Shown in pieces: positions 49,106 to 58,339 of a stretch of DNA of 64,000 nt. A program made the position numbers and the translations under genes. Each line of letters starts with the position of its first letter. Within the stretch, counting starts at the first letter, position 1. Source of the stretch: an uncultured Candidatus Poseidoniales archaeon (GTDB lineage Archaea; Thermoplasmatota; Poseidoniia; Poseidoniales; CAYMED01). A model generated the notes under the pieces. That model was given only the letters and a program-made list of their open reading frames with translations. It searched no databases and was not told the DNA's origin. The stretch covers positions 33,081 through 97,080 of the forward strand of contig CAYMED010000005.1 in assembly GCA_964389655.1 (NCBI GenBank), in the 5' to 3' direction.

Positions 49106-50152
49106 ATGAGCGCAATTGAATGTAAGCGGGTGTTGGTCTCAGGTTTCGGGCCTTTTGGGCAGCAAACATCAAACCTAAGTGAAATGATCCTCCCATTTCT
49201 CGAAGGTTTGCATTCACTTGATTTCTCTGCAATACTTCCAAGGAGCGCGTCTTTTGGTCCATTCGGTGAACTCGGTGATTCTCAAAGTAAGCAGCCAGTT
49301 GAAATCCATACTGTTGCCCTCCCCGTGAGTCACGAAGGTGTCGTAATTGGAGCAGAATATGTGACCAATGTCACATGGGATGCAATCATTTTACTCGGCA
49401 TTAGTGATCATGCAGTAGGCCCCACACTTGAGATTCGAGCAGCAAACTACTCGAATTTCCCCTACCCAGATATGGGTGGTAGAACAATCGAAGATGCGCG
49501 AATAAATCCTGATGGACCGAGTCATCTTCGCAGTAATCTGCATTTTGATGCACTGAGAACCTGTCTTTCTGAGCAATGGGTTATTAGCTCGGATGCAGGA
49601 ACTTATTTGTGTAACGAATTATACTGGCACTGCCTTGCAGCAATGGAAAAATCAGACTCTTTAGTCCCTGTTGTTTTCTTGCACCTCCCAACGAATGCCA
49701 CCTGTGAATCTGCAGTAGCGTGGGTACTTGAGTTAATCACTTGTTTATCTCAGCGTCCTAGGTGGGTTGTCGGTGCAGCACTTTTGCGAGACAATGATGG
49801 CCGTATCCTCTGTGCCTCTCGAGAAGAAGAGATTGATGGTAATAGGTGGGAATTACCTGGTGGAAAGCGGGAATTAGGCGAAGAGATAGAGGAGACTGTC
49901 CGCCGTGAGTTGTTGGAAGAGTTAGGTGTTTCTATTGATTCTATAGAGCCATGCGGCTTGGTCCATGGATCAATGCTTGATCATGATCTTGAACTGCATG
50001 TGTTTGCCGTAAATTGCATTTCAAAGCCCCGGGCATCAAATGTGCATACTGAAATATGCTGGTTAGACGTGCCTAGATTACTTGAGCTCAAATGGCTGAA
50101 AGCCGACCTTCCCCTTATTGACGCGCTCATATCTCAAGATCGCGTTCATTGA
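49106..50152 (+). CDS. Fusion of pyroglutamyl-peptidase I (C15) and a MutT-like Nudix hydrolase
   Basis: N-terminal part: VLVSGFGPF..N.S, LPV, LE..A.N, S.DAGTYLCN (Cys) and FLHLP (His). C-terminal part: Nudix box WELPGGKRELGEEIEETVRRELLEELG and W..AD.P. Confidence 0.85.
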   Translation: MSAIECKRVLVSGFGPFGQQTSNLSEMILPFLEGLHSLDFSAILPRSASFGPFGELGDSQSKQPVEIHTVALPVSHEGVVIGAEYVTNVTWDAIILLGISDHAVGPTLEIRAANYSNFPYPDMGGRTIEDARINPDGPSHLRSNLHFDALRTCLSEQWVISSDAGTYLCNELYWHCLAAMEKSDSLVPVVFLHLPTNATCESAVAWVLELITCLSQRPRWVVGAALLRDNDGRILCASREEEIDGNRWELPGGKRELGEEIEETVRRELLEELGVSIDSIEPCGLVHGSMLDHDLELHVFAVNCISKPRASNVHTEICWLDVPRLLELKWLKADLPLIDALISQDRVH

Positions 50153-50621
50153 ATTCCCCGCGCCTCCCCATTCCTCTATTGTCACCTACATGTCGAGGAA
50201 CATTTATTCGACCAGTGTGCCAAGTGATTTCTTCTAACCACTCGTCGATTTGATCTTTTTCGAGATCGATCGTTGCGAATCCTCCGAGTTGATATTCATC
50301 ATGAATAATAAATGATATGCGCCCTGCTGCAGCCGCTTGCAAGCTTATCTTGAAGGATGTATTTCGTCCATCACTGTGACGCGACATCGCATCTAGTGCT
50401 GTGTCAAGAATACGTTGCTTGGCCAGATTTTCAAGAAAGGACGTCAATTCAGCAGTCCATTCTAGAATTAATGGGGGACCAGAAACTGGAAATTCCTCAG
50501 CTGCGTGATGATTATTCCTTGTTTCCACTTTCCCGAATACTTGTTGCAATGCGGCGTGAATTTTTGATGCCGATTGGTGAGACGCCAGTTCAACTCGGAT
50601 TCGTGCAGTGAGGCTCTCCAT
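50127..50621 (-). CDS. UPF0201/DUF54-like putative RNA-binding protein
   Basis: K...AL..VF, L..QRILDTA and QAA.AGRISF pattern of archaeal DUF54 proteins. Confidence 0.7.
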   Translation of the reverse strand: MESLTARIRVELASHQSASKIHAALQQVFGKVETRNNHHAAEEFPVSGPPLILEWTAELTSFLENLAKQRILDTALDAMSRHSDGRNTSFKISLQAAAAGRISFIIHDEYQLGGFATIDLEKDQIDEWLEEITWHTGRINVPRHVGDNRGMGRRGEFNERDLEI

Positions 50622-50679
50622 GATTCTGCGATGATCAGGTTACCCATGACGTTTATGCGTAATTCGTAGAGGGCGGTGT

Positions 50680-51483
50680 GTGAGCGAAGCGAGAGGGGGG
50701 GCAACTCCTTGGGTGATCGGTGCAACACCGCTTATCATCACATGGGCTTTATTTGAGACTGTGGAACCCCTGCTTGCTCTGCGGGATACTAGGCCACAGG
50801 TCTTCGTACTGTGTTTGTCCCTTTCTCTCTTCATTGGCGTGGTGATCGCTCGTCGTTCTCAAATTGTCAAAGATCATGAATATCTTCGGCAAAAATCAAT
50901 GCGTTCTCTTCACCGCTCATATCGAGCAGAAGAGAGGGGGGTTTGGGGCCAAAGCGAAGAGCGGCTGCTTGGTCCAGGGGGGGATGTGTCTTTAGGCCCA
51001 TTAGGAAAGCGTGCTCTTTCACGGCTTGATGGCGATGTATCACAATTTGTGCAAGTTCGTGAAACGACTGAAATAGAACGTACAGATTCAGATCAAGATA
51101 CGGTAAATCTTCTTATTCCGTCGGTTGGATCATCACCCCCCCTTGATATTGAGAAGCCCGAATTAGAACTAGATCGTGCATCTCGTCCTTCGATCTTATC
51201 TGGAATGGGTGCTCGTTGGAAACGTGTTCAAAATTGGAGACATGAGCGAAGAAAGTCGCGGCTTTCTCATCTTGCAGCTTCTATGGGACTAGAGGTGAAA
51301 GCAGTAGCAGGAAGTGGCCGTATTGGGGGATCAACACCCACTACTGTAGTAACTGATGATCCGCGAACCCGGTCACCTCAGGTGGACCCTAAGAGTAACT
51401 CTTCAGCACGTCGCTGCACATTTTGTGACATGTCCTTTCCTTCCACAACGAGAACCTGCCCGATGTGCGGGCTTGTACTTTGA
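50680..51483 (+). CDS. Membrane protein with disordered tail and C-terminal zinc ribbon
   Basis: Two N-terminal hydrophobic segments; C-terminal CTFC-x10-CPMCG. Confidence 0.65.
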   Translation: MSEARGGATPWVIGATPLIITWALFETVEPLLALRDTRPQVFVLCLSLSLFIGVVIARRSQIVKDHEYLRQKSMRSLHRSYRAEERGVWGQSEERLLGPGGDVSLGPLGKRALSRLDGDVSQFVQVRETTEIERTDSDQDTVNLLIPSVGSSPPLDIEKPELELDRASRPSILSGMGARWKRVQNWRHERRKSRLSHLAASMGLEVKAVAGSGRIGGSTPTTVVTDDPRTRSPQVDPKSNSSARRCTFCDMSFPSTTRTCPMCGLVL

Positions 51484-51540
51484 TGAGAGGGTTGATGACT
51501 GTTCGTCATCGCCACGGTCGGCAACGGAGAGTGGTGTGCA

Positions 51541-52698
51541 GTGGCGAGCAAGCGCGACTATTACGAAATTCTTGATGTAAACCGTGATGCTGACGGTAAA
51601 TCTCTCAAAGATGCCTTTCGTCGTCAGGCGCGCCGCTTTCATCCTGATCGAAGTGATGAGGAAAATGCTGAAGAACGTTTCAAAGAAGTGCAGGAAGCTT
51701 ATGCAGTACTCTCGGATACAGAAAAGAGACGAATGTATGACCGATATGGGCATGATGTTCCAGGGGGGGGGCCATTTGGTCCTAGTGGGTTTCAAGGAGT
51801 TGAAATCCGCTGGGATGACCTCTTTGGAGGCGGCGGCATTGAGGATATTTTTTCTTCGATGTTCGGATTTAATCGCCGTTCTAGCAACACGCGCGTGAGT
51901 CGGGGACACGATGTATTGATCCGAGAAACGATACCCTTTGATTGGGCTTTACATGGTGGTGAACGCGAAATTGAGCTTGAATTGTCTGAAACATGCAGTG
52001 CGTGTTCAGGAAGTGGCGCGAAAAGTGATGCAGATATCGAGATATGCGATGATTGCAGCGGAAAAGGACGTGTTGCCATGACCCGGTCGATGGGGGGCTT
52101 CATTCAGCAGACTGTGCGCGATTGCCCAAAATGTAGAGGAAAGGGACAACGCATCAAGCAGATTTGTGAACCATGTGAAGGCGATGGCCAAGTTCTTGCT
52201 AAACAGCGCGTCAGCATACGAATACCCGAGGGGATTGAATCAGGACAACGTCTTCGGTTACGGGGGCGTGGCGAGCCATCTCCACAAGGGAGAGGCATTG
52301 CAGGTGACCTCCTCGTCGAGTTACACCTAGAGGAGCATCCTTGGCTTGAGCGTCAAGGTCCAGATTTACTTCTCGCGTTGCCGGTGGGATTCAGCGATTT
52401 GGTTCTTGGCTCAAAAATCGAAATCCCGCATATTGATTCTGAACATGTTTCGATCAAGATCCCCTCGCACTCATATCCAGGTAAGACTATTGTAATCCCA
52501 AACAAAGGCCTTCCTCGCAAGGATGGTAGACGGGGAGACCTTGTAATTCTTCTAAAGCTACACATGCCAAAGAAATTCAGCAAACCGCTTCGCAAAAACA
52601 TTGAATCATTCCGCGATGAAGTCGGTCATTCATCTCTAGATGAGCTCCTTAAGGCAGTTGAGGATGAAGCAATAGACCGAAGAAAGCGCGAGATGTGA
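51541..52698 (+). CDS. dnaJ: Molecular chaperone DnaJ (class A)
   Basis: KRDYYEIL, HPD, G/F-rich region, four CxxCxGxG repeats and the C-terminal domain. Confidence 0.96.
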   Translation: MASKRDYYEILDVNRDADGKSLKDAFRRQARRFHPDRSDEENAEERFKEVQEAYAVLSDTEKRRMYDRYGHDVPGGGPFGPSGFQGVEIRWDDLFGGGGIEDIFSSMFGFNRRSSNTRVSRGHDVLIRETIPFDWALHGGEREIELELSETCSACSGSGAKSDADIEICDDCSGKGRVAMTRSMGGFIQQTVRDCPKCRGKGQRIKQICEPCEGDGQVLAKQRVSIRIPEGIESGQRLRLRGRGEPSPQGRGIAGDLLVELHLEEHPWLERQGPDLLLALPVGFSDLVLGSKIEIPHIDSEHVSIKIPSHSYPGKTIVIPNKGLPRKDGRRGDLVILLKLHMPKKFSKPLRKNIESFRDEVGHSSLDELLKAVEDEAIDRRKREM

Positions 52699-54945
52699 TC
52701 ATTCCTCTTCAATTCGCAATGCAGTTGTAGCATTGACACTAGTTGGTATTCCATCAACGACTCCATTTACGGAAATATCAATGGAGGAGTTCGCAGGGTC
52801 CGTTAGTAACAACTCGATGAAAGCCTGCTTTCCCTTTGATAGATCGTCAATGATCACTTCATCTTCACTGTGAAGATGTTTTGGACGTACATCCTTGATG
52901 GATACTGGCAGTCCTTCTGCTGAATCAATTCGAAGAGCCAACAATTTCCAATCGGCTATTGCGTGAATTCCTGCAAGTAGTCGCCATGACTTCTCTGTTC
53001 TATTCAAATTCCAAATTTGAAATTCAAGGTCATTGGTGCGGTGTTCGATTGTAGCTGTACCGAATTCTTCAATGACTAATTTCCAAGGCGCATCTGCAAG
53101 TCTCGCAAGTGCTTCTTCGAGATCCATTTTCAATTCTTGAACTTCCCTCGATTTCTGAACGATTGTACGCAATGAATGAATTCTTTTCCGAATACGTTTA
53201 GCATCATTTATGTTCTCCTTGGGCAGGTTCTTGCGTGTAAGAAAGACATATGCCAGTGGAAGAAGAAGTAGAATACCAATTAGATACATGAACATGTTCT
53301 TCCATTTGGCAAGGGATGCAGCATCGATGTTTTGTGACAGATTTTCAGGATTTTCCGACAAGTGATTTGCAATTAGATTCCAGGATGTGGATGTTGCGTT
53401 GTTGGATGGACCACACTGAATTCGAACAACGACCAGCCCACTGGCATTCTCCATGTTTAATTGAGCACTGCCTTGGTGAATTGAGGTCATCAATCCCATC
53501 CCTGCATGATCTCTCGCATTTGCACTTAATGTACACCCTTCTAGGTCTAATGAGAGTTCTAGAGTGAGTGATTCTCCATCCTCTGATATATGAATTAGAA
53601 GTGCATCTACTCTATCATTGGATGAGGGGTCTAGGGTGCCAGTAAGTGGAACTGGGCCGGTTGCTAAAGCAGTAGGTGTTGAGATGGGATCCAGTGCTCC
53701 ATCAGGAATGTCTTCGGGCGCATCTCCTCTTTCCATACCCGCATCTGGCCCAAGAATAACACTGAATTCAATTTCTAGAGGGTATATAGATGCAGAATCA
53801 AGGACATGTAGTGCTATTGCTCTTGTTGCATTTGTTAGGTGAAACTGTAGTTCAGTGTTATTTCCCTCTAGGAATTGCTCCCATTCTGATGTAGCGGAAA
53901 TGTTTGTACGCTCAAGAAGATAGATTTTCCATTCCAGCGCCCTACTCATTTTTACAGACCAATATTCTCCTGGTTCTACTGAGAATATCCAAGCATCACC
54001 TCCCATATCTTGCCCTACAAATGCTTCTTTCTTGACTGGGTAGTGCAGTGTTGGTGCCTGAATATATCTCTCATCAGTGCTGATTTGAAGTGGCTCGCCA
54101 AATGACGCATGTATTGATGCGTTTAATCCCTCGATGCATGAGACTAGACAACTGATACCTGCTCGCTCTCCTGTTGTGGATTCCAGCGTTTCATCCCAAA
54201 TTTGGATGCCAATCATGTAGGCACCGATCCGAGAATCTTGGGTGCTCAATTGCATCCACAATCGCTCATTGGCAATGGGCACTCGAACATTGCTTTCATT
54301 CCCATCATGAATGCCGCTGAGTAAATCTAATTCTGCAATTTTTGTTTGGATATGATCTGAATCTTCTGAGATAATCTCGATTTTTATTGCCCGTACTGTC
54401 CATTTTGGGATGATGTGTATGATTTCCCCTGCAGTCGCATTAATTGCCATTGAATCGCGATCTAAATCACCACTAAGGCTTCCATTCCACCATGTTGCAT
54501 CCTCCAAATTATTTGCTCTATTGACGGAAATTTCTTCAGGGCGCAGTCCGATGTCTGCAGCACCTATGTTCTCTGGGAAATCTACATTTTCGGCCCCCCC
54601 CCCAATTGGAAGGATCGTATTTGTTTCAATAACGGGCAATCCATTTTCACTTTCGACCCACAATTGATAGTATCCAGCATGGGCGATCATTCCTGTGAGG
54701 ATTACTACAGGCCTGCCAGTTTCATTTGAGATGACTGTGCCATTTAGCCATGCTAATTTTAGTGTGAATTCCGGGCATGCCTCATCGGTGACACATTTTG
54801 CCTCGATGTGAAAGGAACCGTGTGATAAGTTGCCCTCAAAGAGGACTGCTGATGCATCTTCACTCGCGGCAACTTTTGTGCAAGATGCAAGGATAATCAA
54901 CATGGTCAGGCAGAGGGTTCGGCCTAGGCGATTCGCCTCTCCCAT
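52699..54945 (-). CDS. Single-pass membrane protein with extracellular PPC-like beta domains and a folded cytoplasmic domain
   Basis: Signal-like N-terminus, G.L....D..D motifs (GSLSGDLDRD, GTLDPSSNDRVD), TM (MFMYLIGILLLLPLAYVFL + RK), then ~180 aa coiled-coil and beta domain. Start 54945 has TTCATC 30 nt upstream. Confidence 0.6.
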   Translation of the reverse strand: MGEANRLGRTLCLTMLIILASCTKVAASEDASAVLFEGNLSHGSFHIEAKCVTDEACPEFTLKLAWLNGTVISNETGRPVVILTGMIAHAGYYQLWVESENGLPVIETNTILPIGGGAENVDFPENIGAADIGLRPEEISVNRANNLEDATWWNGSLSGDLDRDSMAINATAGEIIHIIPKWTVRAIKIEIISEDSDHIQTKIAELDLLSGIHDGNESNVRVPIANERLWMQLSTQDSRIGAYMIGIQIWDETLESTTGERAGISCLVSCIEGLNASIHASFGEPLQISTDERYIQAPTLHYPVKKEAFVGQDMGGDAWIFSVEPGEYWSVKMSRALEWKIYLLERTNISATSEWEQFLEGNNTELQFHLTNATRAIALHVLDSASIYPLEIEFSVILGPDAGMERGDAPEDIPDGALDPISTPTALATGPVPLTGTLDPSSNDRVDALLIHISEDGESLTLELSLDLEGCTLSANARDHAGMGLMTSIHQGSAQLNMENASGLVVVRIQCGPSNNATSTSWNLIANHLSENPENLSQNIDAASLAKWKNMFMYLIGILLLLPLAYVFLTRKNLPKENINDAKRIRKRIHSLRTIVQKSREVQELKMDLEEALARLADAPWKLVIEEFGTATIEHRTNDLEFQIWNLNRTEKSWRLLAGIHAIADWKLLALRIDSAEGLPVSIKDVRPKHLHSEDEVIIDDLSKGKQAFIELLLTDPANSSIDISVNGVVDGIPTSVNATTALRIEEE

Positions 54946-55019
54946 TGGAATGTGCGGCTCGCACGAAGAGATGAAACCTCGGTCGCAGGGATCATGACCA
55001 AAGCCGGGTTGGGTCAATT

Positions 55020-56873
55020 GTGGATGAACTGGGCCTCGACATCAAAGGGCGCGATCGGCATGCTCGAATCTTCGCACTTGGTGACCGCCATTCCCCTCAA
55101 GCATTTACGCCAGCACTTGTCCAACTTGCAGATGACCCCCGCCTTCCAGTTTCACTTGCACCTTTCAAAGCGGTTTGGGATGCAACATCTTTCCCTCAAA
55201 CCCTGACTTTGAAGGGAAGGGCAATGCTTAGCCCCCCATTCGACGAACAAGGGCCAAATTGGTCAACGCAGTCTGGCCGGACATTGCCTCCTACACTTGC
55301 AGAAGCAGCAGTAGATGGGCAAGGGAGCCTTGGCCCTCTCCTCACTTTGTCATATGGCCGCTTGCAGGCGGATTCCCGTCTCTCTGAAATTGATCCAAAA
55401 ATTGTAGTTCTAATCGATGCTCCTCAAATCGCAGAAGACCCTACGAAATTAGTTGCTGCAATTCATATGATACGAATCACGTGGCCGAGTGCGCTTTTAT
55501 GGGCACCAGGGTTAGGGGGGGCAGACACACTTGCCTTGCTAACTTGGATGGGCGTGGATTTAGTTGATTTGGCCCGCCTCCGCATTGAAGCTTCTTCCGG
55601 ACGAGTCCTCGATGTGAGTGGTTCAAGAGCGCAGGCAATTGGTGAGTCTGTTGATCCATTTGTGTGTAGCCGTGCCGCACTTGCTGGCGAGATACACGCA
55701 GTTCGTGCAGCAATTTTAGAAGGAAGGATGCGGACACTTGTCGAATCCCGATGCTCTATATCTTCCTCCATGGTGGAAGTACTACGTGCCCATGATCAAC
55801 TCGTTTCTGCGCACCCTAATCTTCCAGTTGATCGAGTATCTAGGCAATCTCGTCAATGCATCTTTTCGGGATCTGAATCAGTGAATGATCCTCTCGTGAT
55901 TGATTGGCACAAGCGTATTGCAAAGTACCGTCCTCTTGCTTCTCAATCTCAAGCAATGGTACTCTTACCCTGTTCCCAAGTCAAACCTTATTCGAGAAGT
56001 CCGAGCCATCGCCGCTTTCGAAATGCTTTGCGGCACCGTTCTATTGGAGAAATCATGGTGACTTCTCCTCTTGGTCTTGTACCTCGTGAGTTAGAGGATT
56101 TGTGGCCTGCTGCGCATTATGATGTTCCCGTGTCTGGACGCTGGGGAGGGGATGAGGTTGGAATTATCGTTGACGCCCTTAAATCACGCTTAGCACATGA
56201 TCCGCCCTTGATTATTATTGACCATAGTGGCACCCCCAATTTGTCCCACCTGTTAGGCGTTTCAAGGTCATTTGTTGAAGGTGAAGATGTGAACGCCTTC
56301 TCTGAAAAGATTCGATCAAAAGTACAAGATGGAGAATTAGTGTGGATTGATACGAGGCAAGATGCGTCAGCTGGATCTCGTGAATCCATGGATCGTCTTT
56401 TGCTGGCATCTGATGCTACATATGTTGCTCTCGATTTAGTGGACCCAGCAGGTCCCCAATTCGTTCTCGACAGTTTGCGGTCCATTAGCCGATTTCAATT
56501 AGGATCTGATGATTGGTTGAGAGAAGCATTTGTTGTTGGCCGACCTCCAAAATGGAGAATTTCCACAAAGGAATGTGTGGTTGCGGAATGGCATCCAAGT
56601 GCTGGAAGATTTGCATTTCGCGCTGATGGTTTACTGCATTTGGAGAGGCATAAGGCCCTAGCAGTTGTGGACCTCAAAGATGGTGTGAAGCCGCGAGGTG
56701 ATCTTTTTTCGGCGATGATTTCATCTGCACCGGATAACGTACGCTCCGGTGATGAAGTCTTACTAACCCAAAATTCTACCTTGTTTGGTTCAGCTCGTCT
56801 TTCTCTCTCAGCATGGGAGCTGGGAAAAGTTCCGGGTTCTCAAGGCCGCATTTCGCGGCGGATACGTCGGTGA
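55020..56873 (+). CDS. arcS: Archaeosine synthase subunit alpha (TGT-like N-terminus, DUF5591, PUA)
   Basis: L..MGVDL.D, IR.AI.EG.MR.LVE.R, VLLPCS..KPYS.S.SH..F, VTSPLGLVPRELE..WPAAHYDVPVSG.W; PUA-like end (VRSGDEV). Confidence 0.85.
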   Translation: MDELGLDIKGRDRHARIFALGDRHSPQAFTPALVQLADDPRLPVSLAPFKAVWDATSFPQTLTLKGRAMLSPPFDEQGPNWSTQSGRTLPPTLAEAAVDGQGSLGPLLTLSYGRLQADSRLSEIDPKIVVLIDAPQIAEDPTKLVAAIHMIRITWPSALLWAPGLGGADTLALLTWMGVDLVDLARLRIEASSGRVLDVSGSRAQAIGESVDPFVCSRAALAGEIHAVRAAILEGRMRTLVESRCSISSSMVEVLRAHDQLVSAHPNLPVDRVSRQSRQCIFSGSESVNDPLVIDWHKRIAKYRPLASQSQAMVLLPCSQVKPYSRSPSHRRFRNALRHRSIGEIMVTSPLGLVPRELEDLWPAAHYDVPVSGRWGGDEVGIIVDALKSRLAHDPPLIIIDHSGTPNLSHLLGVSRSFVEGEDVNAFSEKIRSKVQDGELVWIDTRQDASAGSRESMDRLLLASDATYVALDLVDPAGPQFVLDSLRSISRFQLGSDDWLREAFVVGRPPKWRISTKECVVAEWHPSAGRFAFRADGLLHLERHKALAVVDLKDGVKPRGDLFSAMISSAPDNVRSGDEVLLTQNSTLFGSARLSLSAWELGKVPGSQGRISRRIRR

Positions 56874-56933
56874 CCTGCTGCGACAGCGTTATGATTGGCC
56901 CGTCGGTCGGGCGGACGTCATAGAGGGCGAATC

Positions 56934-57389
56934 ATGGCGCGGATGCACAGCAAAGGCCGCGGCAGAAGTGGCTCAAACCGCCCATATTGCTCCGAAGTAC
57001 CTGATTGGTCTAACACCGACAAAGGCGCCGTGGAGGAGTTGATCCTTGAACTTCACAATAAAGGGCACGATTCAGCATCCATTGGTTTGATTCTTCGTGA
57101 TCGGCATGCGATTCCAAGTGTGAAAATGGTCCTAGGCGAGCGCATCTCTCAGGTGATTTCTCGGAATGGTTTGGAGCAGCAATTCCCCGATGACCTTGTG
57201 CATATTCTTCGAAAAATTGTTCGTCTTGATGATCACCTTCTTGCTCATCGAAAAGACCTTCACAATCGTCGCCAGTTAGAATTGGCTGAAGCCAAGGCCC
57301 GCCGATTGATCCGATATCTAAAATTCAAAGGCCGGATTGATACTGATTTCCGTTATCGTCGCGATAGTGTCCGACTCTTATTGAGTTGA
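56934..57389 (+). CDS. rps15: 30S ribosomal protein uS15 (S15P/S13e)
   Basis: MARMHSKGRGRSGS.RP, IG.ILRD.H.IP.VK, P.DL and H.KDLHN.R.L.L.E.K.RRL..Y. Start at MARMH (56934). Confidence 0.95.
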   Translation: MARMHSKGRGRSGSNRPYCSEVPDWSNTDKGAVEELILELHNKGHDSASIGLILRDRHAIPSVKMVLGERISQVISRNGLEQQFPDDLVHILRKIVRLDDHLLAHRKDLHNRRQLELAEAKARRLIRYLKFKGRIDTDFRYRRDSVRLLLS

Positions 57390-57396
57390 GACATCT

Positions 57397-58221
57397 ATGC
57401 CCCTGCGAGACCTTAATGCTCTCACCTCGCTTAACCTCGACCATCATGTGCAATGGATTACAAGTTCAGAACCCCTTCTTGTTTCACCCCCCCGTGCTCT
57501 TCCTTGCTTAGCAGTTGCAATTCTAGAAGCGGCTTTTTTAGACCGTGGATTGGGATATACGAGGAGGATTTCAGCAGACCTTCCGCAAGGCCCAGCAGTG
57601 ATCTTCGACGATGCAACAAGTGAATCAAATTTGAAAAAAGAGGGGGATGTTTTGCGAATTCATCCTGTCCAAACTGAGGTACTTGACACTGCTGCAGGGC
57701 ATTCTCGCAGAGGAATCATCGATGAGGTTGTCATTGCAGCTGGAATTGCTGTTCGTCTTTCTCCAAATGGTCATAGGACTCGCGGCATCCTGCCGTGGGC
57801 ACTAGCGGGTCCTTGGATCCGATCCGATCGGATACGCCGTCCTTCGCCCCTCTTCTCTGCTGTAAGAGACGCGCTAGTAACTTCTGGTTTGGTGCGTGTT
57901 GTGCCATTGCCTGAAGTTCAAGATGCAGATGTCTGTGAGGGTTCTAAAAAAATCCACCAAGATGTGATGGATCTTGCGGATGATTGGGGAATTCTAGATT
58001 TGTCGACACGTGCTGACCGCATATCGAAAGCAGTTGCCTCTAACCTTCAAAATGCAGCAGATCTAGCACCTCGCATTGAAGTTCTCACATGGCAACGTCC
58101 AATTCCTCTCACAGGGGCGCAGGATCAACTTACCCTTATCGAACGCTGGCTGAGCTCATTTGGGAGTGGAATGAACGCTTCCAAGGAAATCGATTTGCTC
58201 CTCAATTCAGTGTCCAAGTGA
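57397..58221 (+). CDS. Degenerate DHH/RecJ-like protein lacking catalytic motifs
   Basis: Occupies the slot right after rps15 where euryarchaea carry a DHH protein. LAVAILEAAFLDRG resembles the helix after DADG, but DxD and DHH are absent. Confidence 0.5.
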   Translation: MPLRDLNALTSLNLDHHVQWITSSEPLLVSPPRALPCLAVAILEAAFLDRGLGYTRRISADLPQGPAVIFDDATSESNLKKEGDVLRIHPVQTEVLDTAAGHSRRGIIDEVVIAAGIAVRLSPNGHRTRGILPWALAGPWIRSDRIRRPSPLFSAVRDALVTSGLVRVVPLPEVQDADVCEGSKKIHQDVMDLADDWGILDLSTRADRISKAVASNLQNAADLAPRIEVLTWQRPIPLTGAQDQLTLIERWLSSFGSGMNASKEIDLLLNSVSK

Positions 58222-58339
58222 GTTCAATTCCACACCCCCCACAAAGGAGTGTGGGTGTCTCTAGTGTCGGTGAAATTGGATTGATAACCCTGCATTCTGG
58301 ACAAGTTACCAAAGGAATATTTTGGTGGATTCCACTCAG
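58202..58339 (-). other. Out-of-frame double-CxxC zinc-ribbon coding segment (probable frameshifted C-terminus of the upstream gene)
   Basis: Reads ..LVTCPECRVINPI..TLLCGGCG..* in the -1 frame relative to 58336..60294, with no nearby ATG/GTG/TTG start. Confidence 0.55.
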
